DNA from: Erysipelotrichaceae bacterium MTC7
Lineage (GTDB): Bacteria; Bacillota_I; Bacilli_A; Erysipelotrichales; Erysipelotrichaceae
NCBI GenBank assembly: GCA_001695645.1
Contig: LVZN01000018.1
Location: forward strand, 7,891-39,890
Length of the DNA: 32,000 nucleotides
Reading direction: 5' to 3'
In this document: one piece after another, positions 20,118 through 27,600 of the stretch
How the letters are laid out: the number at the start of each line of letters is the position of its first letter
Numbering within the stretch: the first letter of the stretch is position 1
Made by a program: the position numbers and the translations under genes
The notes under the pieces: generated by a model
Database searches by the model: none
Told to the model about the DNA's origin: nothing
Seen by the model: only the letters and a program-made list of their open reading frames with translations

Positions 20118-20393
20118 ATGGAAAATTTAAGAAAGATTTTAGTAGCCATCTTGGGTGTATTGATTTTCATCTGGTTGATTCCAGTGTTTGCTTGGTTATT
20201 CGTGCTTATTTGTATTGTGGGTCTGGTCATTTACATCTACTACCGTTATCGCATTCGTAAGATGATGAATGATGATGAGTATCCGTATTATCGAAGTAAG
20301 GATGCTTATGAAGACGAACGTGATGATGCAAGCGGCTCACGCATTGATCCTGATGTGATTGATGTAGAATATACAGAGAGGGAAGATGAATAA
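20118..20393 (+). CDS. Small membrane protein, two predicted TM helices plus highly acidic C-terminal tail; function unknown
   Basis: 91 aa. ILVAILGVLIFIWLIPVFAWLFVLICIVGLVIYIYY hydrophobic block, RYRIRK stop-transfer, then a D/E-rich tail (DDEYPYY...DERDD...IDVEYTEREDE). AGGAGGA SD upstream. 8-nt overlap with the next gene. Confidence 0.6.
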   Translation: MENLRKILVAILGVLIFIWLIPVFAWLFVLICIVGLVIYIYYRYRIRKMMNDDEYPYYRSKDAYEDERDDASGSRIDPDVIDVEYTEREDE

Positions 20394-21309
20394 TATGGTG
20401 GAAATTGCTACAGAGAAAGAACGGGAAGAACTATTGTTGCTGAATGTGCAAAACCATCCTGCTAAAGATCAAGTGTTCTTTGAACAATATTTTCAAGATG
20501 CGTTTAGTCGCAATAAAACCTATTATTTAGAAAATGATACGCGAATTTATGCAACGATGTCGATGCAAGAACACCCGTTGCGGTTTCAAGATAAAGTGCT
20601 TTTATGTAGTTACATCTTTGGTGTCGCAACCCATGTTGATTATCGTGGGCAAGGAGCCATGAGCGAATTGATGCACTATGTTCTAGATGAATGTGCACAA
20701 AACTATTTATTAACCTTTATTGAAGCTTACAATCCAAAGATTTATGAGAAGTATGGATTTCGCACGGTTTCTTATCGCAAAAAACTACATTTAAGCAAAC
20801 GTGACATTCGAATCAAAGATATGCAAGGGATTTCCAATCACGTGGATGTGGATGTTATGGTGCAGTTGTATCAAGAGTTTGCCAAACGCTTTGATTGTTA
20901 TTACTTACGTGATCGTGAATATTATCTACGCTATGTGGAAGCCATTGAACGCAATGGAGGATCAATTCACTTCTGCTATGATGAAGACAATCAACCACTC
21001 GGCTATGCCATTTCCTACCAAAAAAATGAGGTGGTGGAAGTTGATGAAATCATCTATTTAGACTCTCATACCTTATGTAAATTGTTGCGACAAGCATTAC
21101 AAGATAAAGAAAATATTATTGTTGAGGTTTCAAGCAATGAACGAATTGAGAAAATCTTTAAAAACATTGTGCCACGTACAACCTCATGTGTTATGGCACG
21201 CATCAACAATGTACCGTTGTATGAAAAATTGTACGATGTAAAAATTCGCAGTGTTGATGAAGCATTTTATAAATTAAAAAAACCTGTGTTATTAGATGAG
21301 AAATGTTAA
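20386..21309 (+). CDS. GNAT-family N-acetyltransferase with C-terminal extension (Eis-like architecture)
   Basis: 307 aa. Acetyl-CoA motif A region GVATHVDYRGQGAMSELMHYVLDE. ~150-aa C-terminal domain beyond the GNAT core. Start ambiguous between 20386 and 20395 (MNNM). Confidence 0.75.
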   Translation: MNNMVEIATEKEREELLLLNVQNHPAKDQVFFEQYFQDAFSRNKTYYLENDTRIYATMSMQEHPLRFQDKVLLCSYIFGVATHVDYRGQGAMSELMHYVLDECAQNYLLTFIEAYNPKIYEKYGFRTVSYRKKLHLSKRDIRIKDMQGISNHVDVDVMVQLYQEFAKRFDCYYLRDREYYLRYVEAIERNGGSIHFCYDEDNQPLGYAISYQKNEVVEVDEIIYLDSHTLCKLLRQALQDKENIIVEVSSNERIEKIFKNIVPRTTSCVMARINNVPLYEKLYDVKIRSVDEAFYKLKKPVLLDEKC

Positions 21310-21354
21310 AATAATGCATATACAAATAAAATATAGTTGATAGGATAACTAGCG

Positions 21355-21389
21355 AAAGCGTAAGTTCAGATATGGATTTACGCTTTTTT
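21355..21389 (+). terminator. Rho-independent terminator ending the uvrA...GNAT gene string
   Basis: Perfect 9-bp stem AAAGCGTAA (21355-21363) / TTACGCTTT (21378-21386), 14-nt loop, T-run to 21389. Confidence 0.8.
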
Positions 21390-21566
21390 GCGGATAACGG
21401 CAGTTATGAATATGAATACAAATGATGTAATGCCCAAAATGAAGATGAGCACCAAACAAGTAACGGCTTAATTTGCCTAAAATGGTTAGGTCCTTTGTCT
21501 TTTTTAGTACATTTTTTATGCTAACTAACAAACCTTGTGTACAAAGGATGCATAATATTGCAACAG

Positions 21567-21575
21567 TGATATAAT
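21567..21575 (+). promoter_or_regulatory. Extended -10 (TGATATAAT) candidate for the GatZ/KbaZ-family gene
   Basis: TGATATAAT lies 21 nt upstream of the ATG at 21596. GGAGGA SD lies in between. Confidence 0.4.
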
Positions 21576-21595
21576 GCAGTTATGGAGGAATTGTT

Positions 21596-22912
21596 ATGAA
21601 TCAAAACCCTTTAAAACAAATTGTTAAACTACAGAAAGAAGGAAAAGCTGTAGGAATTTATTCATGTTGTAGTGCAAATAAATATGTCATTGAAGCTGCT
21701 TTAAAACGCGGAAAAGAAGATGACTCTTGTGTCTTAATTGAAAGTACAGCAAACCAAGTGGATCAAAATGGTGGATACACGGGAATGACACCACAAGGTT
21801 TTATGGATTATGTATGTGAAATTGCCAAACAATACGATTTCGATATGAAAAAACTATTCATGGGTGGGGACCACTTAGGACCGCTAACATGGACACATTT
21901 ACCAGAAAAAGAAGCGATGGAAAATGCAGAAACACTGATTCGTGCATATGTATCAGCAGGATTTACAAAAATCCATATCGATACATCGATGAAAGTTGCC
22001 GATGATGATCCAAACACGCGTTTAAGTGATGAAAAAATTGCAGCTCGTGGTGTTCGCTTGGCAAAAGTTGCAGAAGCAGCATATGCAGAATATGTAGAGA
22101 AACACCCAGATGCTTTCCAACCCGTGTATATTGTAGGTAGTGAAGTGCCTATTCCTGGTGGTGTGCAAGGTGATGGTGAAGGTATGCAAGTAACAAGTGT
22201 TGCGGATTTTAAAGCTACTGAATCACTATTTGAAAATGCATTTAAAGAAGCAGGTCTAGATAAGGCGTGGGATAATGTAATCGGTTTTGTGGTACAACCT
22301 GGAATTGAAGAAAAAGATGCTGGATGTACGGAATATGACCGTGCCAAAGCAGCAGACTTAATGGCTTCGATTAAGGAATACCCAACCCTTGTATTTGAAG
22401 GGCACTCTAGTGACTACCAAACCAAATACAAACTTCGTGAGCTAATTGAAGATGGCGTTGGTATTTTGAAAGTAGGACCTGGTTTAACCTTTATGGCTAG
22501 AGAAGCTTTGTTTGCTTTAGCTTATGCTGAAAAAGAACTTTACGCTGATCGTCCAGAGTTGCAAAGTCACTTGATTGAAGTATTAGATAAAGTTATGTTG
22601 GATGATCCAAGTCGTTGGCAAAAATACTATACAGGAACAGAAAATGAAATTCGTATCAAACGTAAATTCTCATTCTCTGACCGTTCTCGTTACTATATGC
22701 AAAACCCAGAAGTTGAAGGTGCCATTGATTTATTGATGCGTAATCTTAAAGATGGAGTTCCTTTAAACTTATTAAGTCAATTTATGCCAATTCAATATAC
22801 GAAAGTACGTGAAGGTCGATTGGCAAACGATCCAGAAGAACTCGTTAGAGATCGTGTCATTAACTGTATTGATGAATACTTGTTTGCAACACACCAAAAA
22901 GAAATCTTTTAA
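21596..22912 (+). CDS. GatZ/KbaZ/AgaZ-family protein (class II D-tagatose-bisphosphate aldolase accessory subunit / tagatose-6-P-related family)
   Basis: 438 aa. Family-typical N-terminus (GIYSCCSANKYVIEAALKRG...LIESTANQVDQNGGYTGMTP) and length. No KbaY/GatY catalytic subunit gene in the window. Confidence 0.85.
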   Translation: MNQNPLKQIVKLQKEGKAVGIYSCCSANKYVIEAALKRGKEDDSCVLIESTANQVDQNGGYTGMTPQGFMDYVCEIAKQYDFDMKKLFMGGDHLGPLTWTHLPEKEAMENAETLIRAYVSAGFTKIHIDTSMKVADDDPNTRLSDEKIAARGVRLAKVAEAAYAEYVEKHPDAFQPVYIVGSEVPIPGGVQGDGEGMQVTSVADFKATESLFENAFKEAGLDKAWDNVIGFVVQPGIEEKDAGCTEYDRAKAADLMASIKEYPTLVFEGHSSDYQTKYKLRELIEDGVGILKVGPGLTFMAREALFALAYAEKELYADRPELQSHLIEVLDKVMLDDPSRWQKYYTGTENEIRIKRKFSFSDRSRYYMQNPEVEGAIDLLMRNLKDGVPLNLLSQFMPIQYTKVREGRLANDPEELVRDRVINCIDEYLFATHQKEIF

Positions 22913-22917
22913 ATGAT

Positions 22918-22944
22918 GAGTCCCATTAGGGGCTCTATTTTTTT
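22918..22944 (+). terminator. Rho-independent terminator
   Basis: GAGTCCC (22918-22924) / GGGGCTC (22929-22935), 7 bp with one G.U, loop ATTA, then TATTTTTTT. Confidence 0.8.
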
Positions 22945-23138
22945 AGCATGTTGTACATTGTGCAACAAGTGTGTCAAGCTTACAAACGATAAGATGTGGT
23001 AGACATGAAAGTGAAGAAACTTTGATTTGCACACAAGAAAACAAAAAAGACAAACATCTTGTCAAAAAAGATAAGCATTTATCGTTCGTTTTCGGCGTTT
23101 ACGATGTATAATGCAAGTAAAGATGGAGGATGCCAAAT

Positions 23139-24302
23139 ATGATTATTCAAAGTAAAAAGGTTTGGATTGCAGGGCAATTCGTACCTGCTCAAGTAGAAAT
23201 GAAAGATGATAAAATTGTCGGAATCTACGATTATGGGCAAAAAACAGTAGACAAGGATTATGGAGAAAATCGCGTTGTCCCTGGATTTATTGATATTCAC
23301 TGTCATGGTGCTTACACGTTTGATACAAATGATGCGCAACCTGAAGGTTTATTAAACTGGGTAAAACATATCCCAGGAGAAGGAGTTACTGCCCTTTATC
23401 CAACAACGATTACACAAAGCAAAGAAGTGTTAAGTGAAGCTTGTGAAAATGTTGCTAATGTGATGGAAAAAGGTGATTATGAAGGTGCTGAAATTATGGG
23501 GATCCACTTTGAAGGACCATTCTTAGATATGCAATACAAAGGGGCACAACCACCAGAACACATTCGTAAACCGAATGTTGATGAATTCAAAGAATTCCAA
23601 GCTGCTGCAAAGGGTCATATTAAAATTATGACAATGGCAACAGAACACGATGAAGATTTTAAATTGACGGAATATGCAAGTCAAAATGGTGTTATGGTAA
23701 GTATGGGGCACTCAGGTGCAACATACGAACAAGCCGTGATGGGTGTTGCCCATGGTGCAATGTCAATGACTCACGTGTTTAACGGAATGTCACCATTCCA
23801 CCACCGTAACCCAGGTATGGTTGGTGCGGCGATGCGGATTCGTGACATTTATGCAGAATGTATCTGTGATGGAAACCACAGTAACTTAAACGCTGTGAAT
23901 GATTTATTTATGGCTAAAGGTCGTGATCACATGATTATGATTACGGATGCCCTTATGGCAAAAGGTTGCCCAGTAGGTTCTCACCACATGTTTGGTGGAC
24001 ATGAAATTGAAATCTATCCAGATGGAAGTGCCCACTTAATTGAGGGTGTGAAAAGCTTAGCTGGTTCTACATTGCATGTAAACCACGGTTTGAAACTCTT
24101 AGTTGAAGATGCGCTAATTCCATTTGATTATGCATTAAACTCATGTACATTAAACCCAGCAAGAGCATTGGGAATTGATGACCGTAAAGGAAAAATCTGT
24201 ACAGGTCACGATGCTGACTTAGTAGTTCTTGCAGATAACTACGATGTTGTTGATACATACTGTCGTGGAACACTTCATGTGAAAACTGGAGATGCACAGT
24301 AG
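23139..24302 (+). CDS. nagA: N-acetylglucosamine-6-phosphate (or N-acetylgalactosamine-6-phosphate) deacetylase
   Basis: Start placed at the ATG at 23139, 8 nt after GGAGGA (23125-23130). The track's ATG at 23130 abuts the SD. Amidohydrolase motifs PGFIDIHCHG, HFEGPF, GHSGAT, THVFNGM, DADLVVL. Confidence 0.93.
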   Translation: MIIQSKKVWIAGQFVPAQVEMKDDKIVGIYDYGQKTVDKDYGENRVVPGFIDIHCHGAYTFDTNDAQPEGLLNWVKHIPGEGVTALYPTTITQSKEVLSEACENVANVMEKGDYEGAEIMGIHFEGPFLDMQYKGAQPPEHIRKPNVDEFKEFQAAAKGHIKIMTMATEHDEDFKLTEYASQNGVMVSMGHSGATYEQAVMGVAHGAMSMTHVFNGMSPFHHRNPGMVGAAMRIRDIYAECICDGNHSNLNAVNDLFMAKGRDHMIMITDALMAKGCPVGSHHMFGGHEIEIYPDGSAHLIEGVKSLAGSTLHVNHGLKLLVEDALIPFDYALNSCTLNPARALGIDDRKGKICTGHDADLVVLADNYDVVDTYCRGTLHVKTGDAQ

Positions 24303-24320
24303 TTAACGAAAAGCAAACTG

Positions 24321-24368
24321 AACCATCCATTGATTCAAGTAGAGAATCGATGGATGGTTTTCTTTTCT
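24321..24368 (+). terminator. Rho-independent terminator after nagA
   Basis: Perfect 10-bp stem AACCATCCAT (24321-24330) / ATGGATGGTT (24350-24359), followed by TTCTTTTCTC. Confidence 0.75.
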
Positions 24369-24414
24369 CATATATTTATAAATTATTGCTTATTAATTAA
24401 TTTATTACAATTAG

Positions 24415-24443
24415 TTGATAATTATAATCGTATTATATATAAT
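24415..24443 (+). promoter_or_regulatory. Near-consensus sigma-A-type promoter of the giant surface-protein gene
   Basis: TTGATA (24415-24420), 17-nt spacer, TATAAT (24438-24443), in a very AT-rich region. ~85-nt leader to the ATG. Confidence 0.6.
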
Positions 24444-24533
24444 AACCCTTGTGTAATTTGTCTGATACAAATTATAACTTGAAAAAAACTCGTATTTGAG
24501 TATGTGTGTAAACGAAAAGAAGAGGAGAAAAAT

Positions 24534-24626
24534 ATGAAAGAAAAGAGAAAAGATAAGAATCAGATTCGTAATTTTACAATGATGACACTCATTGTGTGTT
24601 CGTTGTGTATCAATGCTTTCTTTGCA
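24534..24626 (+). other. Predicted Sec signal peptide of the giant protein
   Basis: MKEKRKDKNQIRNFTMMTLIVCSLCINAFFA: basic n-region, hydrophobic core, A-x-A-like end (AFFA|TD). The cleavage site is an inference. Confidence 0.6.
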
Positions 24627-27600
24627 ACTGATACAATCAATCATGTGAATTTAAAACCAAAAGTTAGTGATGAATTACCTCGTATCGTTTCAAAAGCAGA
24701 TGCGATGGAGAAATTAGTTATAGAAATCGACGAACATCCAATAGAGGGTAATTATATTTATGGGCAAGAAGCAGTACCATTACGGGCAAAAGGACACGTT
24801 GATGGAAAACCCAATCAGAAAATAACCTATAAATGGTATGTGAATGATAAGCCATCATTAGAGGGGGTCAAAGAAATACCTAACACAGATTCAACGAGTT
24901 ATACACCTCCAGTTGATCAACTAGGAACAAAGTATTACTATGCAGCATTGGGTAGTGTTGGGGTTGCTGGTCTGATGCCCGTTTACTATTATGGAATGAC
25001 CAAAATGGTGAAAGTTACAGTCCATAAGAAAATAGAAACACCAAGAATATTGACACACCCTACAGGAGCGACCTACAAACAAAATGCATCTGCAAAAGCC
25101 TTATCGGTCATATCGGATTATAAAGCAGGTGATGATTATAGCTACCAATGGTATAAAACAACAAATAATGGAAATGCTGGGGGGACGGTTATACAAGGTG
25201 CAACAACTCCAACTTATAAGCCAAGTACAACAACCGCAGGCACGATGTACTATTATGTTCAAATTACCAGCAAGGGATATAACCAATCTAAAAAAGTTGT
25301 TAGCAATCCAGCGAAAGTCGTCGTTGAAAAAACAGCGGATATACCGATTATCAAAACCCAACCAAAAGATGTGGAAGTCGTTCGACAAAGTAAGGGAACA
25401 ACTCGTTTACAAGTTGAAGCTGTCTCTTCAGATGGTGGTACATTATCATATCGATGGTTTTGGAGTTTAAGTGGTAAAATGGACAAGAGTAGTGATATAG
25501 AGTTAAATGAAGGAACAAATAGTTACTATGATGTTCCGATAAACTTAACCGGGAAAGAGTATTACTATGTGGAAATCACAAATACCCTTGGTAATCAGTC
25601 CGCATCTATAGATAGTAACTTAGTTACAGTCGATACTTATCGAGCAAAGTCACCATCCATCACAAAAAATCTTGTCGATGGTGACTATTATTTGGGTGAT
25701 AAAGTAGAACCACTATCTGTAAAAGCTGATTCTCCAGATGGTGGTAGTCTATCTTATCAATGGTATGTAAGTGATACCAATAGTATAAATGATGGTGTAA
25801 TAATTCCCAAAGCAACCTCGACAACATACACACCTGATATATCAAAAGAGTCTAACAAGTATTATTTTGTGCGTATCACAAATAAATTTAAAGATGATAC
25901 TGCAATAAGAGATAGCTCGATTGCACGTGTTCGTGTTCGAAAAGCACCAAGTAAACCGAAGATTCTGACACAGCCAAATGATGTTGAAGCCATCGAGGAT
26001 TCAAATGGGACGGGAGTATCTGTAGTGGCCGAAGTTAGTGATGGTGGCAAGATGTCCTATCAATGGTACGAATTAGAATCAAAGGATGCGACAACCAAAA
26101 CAAAACTTACGGATGGAAGAGCAAGATCAAAAACCTATTACCCAAGTACATCAGCTCTAGGCGTGCGCTATTTTCAAGTTGTGATCACAAATGAATTAAA
26201 TGATGCAACAGCTATGGTGGAAAGTGACGTTGTTGCTTTTAAAGTTACAACAAAAGCACCATTACCAACCATTACAGAACAACCACAAAGTGCAACCTAT
26301 GGACAAGGGGCAAAAGCTAAAACGCTCACAACAAAAGCAAACGTAGCTCCAGGAATCATTCGTTATACGTGGTTAAAGTCAAAAGATAAAAAAACCTGGG
26401 AAGTTGTCAAAGAAGATACGACATCAGGATATACACCAAAAACGGATGAAATCGGACTTTCCTACTATCGCGCAGAAGTAAGAAATTATTACGGACTAGG
26501 TCACTCGATGTTGCTGTCGGATATTGCAACGATTGAAGTAGTAAAAGCAGCTAGTACTCCAACCATTACAAAGCAACCAGAAAGTAAGATTTATGGACAA
26601 GGGGCTTTGGCAAAAGCGCTTGAAGTTTCCGCAAAAGTTGAAGATGGTGGTGCGTTATCTTACCAATGGTATGAAAACACAACCAAATCCAACACCGGTG
26701 GAAAAAAACTATACCAAACAACTGAATCACTTCCAGTTACCACTGAACAAATAGGTAGTAAGTATTACTATGTGGAAGTAACGAACACACTGCATGGAAC
26801 ACAACAGACGATTGCAAGTGATCCAGTAGAAATCAAAGTGGTTAACAAAGCCAGTAAACCAACGATAGATAAAGTACCAGAAAATGCAATTTATGAAATA
26901 CATGAACCTGCAGAGGCACTTGAAATCATCGCATCAAGCATAGATGAGGGAAGTCTATCGTATCAATGGTATGTCTATGACACTGTGACTGGTGAAGAAA
27001 AAAAGCCAATTGAAGGAGAAATTAGTAAAACCTATGTACCTGACACATCCAAATTAGGTGAAAAGGCATATGCGGTTGAAGTCACAAACAACCTTTATGG
27101 AACCAAAGCAAATGTAATAAGTGAAAAAGTGATTGTTGAAGTTGTGCCAGCAACAGGGAAACCAATCATCGACAAACAACCGAGTAGTGCAATCTATGGT
27201 ATAGGGGCAACTCCAAGGGACCTAACAGTTGGAGTCGTGGAACAAGAAGGATATGTCTTGAGTTATCAATGGTTCAAAAATGATGAAAACACGATGGATG
27301 GTGCTAGTCTTATCGAAGGCGCAAATAAATCATCATACAGTCCATCAGTTGAAACGAAAGGGACAACTTTCTATTTTGTGAAAGTGACCAACACACAAAA
27401 TAAGATCTCAAAATCGACGTTAAGTAACTTAGCTAAAGTAGAAGTTGTTGATCCAGTAGGCACACCAACTTTTGAGAAACAACCAGAAGATGCAACCTAT
27501 GGAAAAGATGCAGTGGCTTCACCACTAACAGTAGAGGTGAGACCAGCAAAACCAAATACAAGATTTAGTTACCAATGGTACAAAAAATCAAAAAACCAAG

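Noticed and set aside
20118-21309. GNAT toxin-antitoxin module (TacT/AtaT-like) formed by the small ORF + GNAT pair
   Set aside because: The GNAT is 307 aa with an extra C-terminal domain (Eis-like), whereas toxin GNATs are ~170 aa. The upstream protein is a two-TM membrane protein, not an RHH/DUF1778 antitoxin. The pair sits in a housekeeping operon.
21406-21471. 21-codon Met-rich mini-ORF (MNMNTNDVMPKMKMSTKQVTA) between the GNAT terminator and a weak hairpin (21474-21506), possibly a leader peptide
   Set aside because: There is no SD upstream and it lies directly after a terminator. The predicted promoter for the downstream gene (21567-21575) is downstream of it. It has no logical link to a sugar gene and is easily produced by chance in AT-rich DNA.
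21349-21531. 60-aa minus-strand ORF in the GNAT/GatZ intergenic region
   Set aside because: It has a TTG start and no SD, it runs through the strong plus-strand terminator hairpin, and the peptide has no recognisable features.
21808-22347. 179-aa minus-strand ORF inside the GatZ/KbaZ-family gene
   Set aside because: It is antisense to a well-supported CDS with family-typical sequence. Its composition is S/A/P-rich and low-complexity, and it has no SD. The same reasoning applies to the antisense or alternate-frame ORFs at 1378-1815, 8912-9274, 12453-12785, 19811-20230 and the other short track entries nested in confident genes.
22995-23005. TGTGGTAGACA upstream of nagA, reminiscent of a GntR/NagR-DasR 'dre' half-site (TGGTCTAGACCA)
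   Set aside because: It is not palindromic, lacks two central bases and the second half-site, and lies ~110 nt upstream of the likely -10. The nearby GATAA-GCAT-TTATC inverted repeat (23070-23083) is equally unsupported. I cannot call an operator from this.
6583-24533. N-terminal extensions proposed by the ORF track (starts at 6583, 16613, 17347, 19159, 23130, 24504)
   Set aside because: In each case a downstream in-frame ATG/GTG has a proper SD at 5-10 nt spacing and gives a family-typical N-terminus. The extension either lacks an SD, overlaps the SD itself or overlaps a terminator (16613).
26702-27004. A7 homopolymer runs inside the giant gene (26702-26708, 26998-27004) as possible phase-variation switches
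   Set aside because: The tracts are only 7 nt, which is common in AT-rich coding DNA and below the lengths usually associated with slipped-strand ON/OFF switching. There is no evidence of frame ambiguity.
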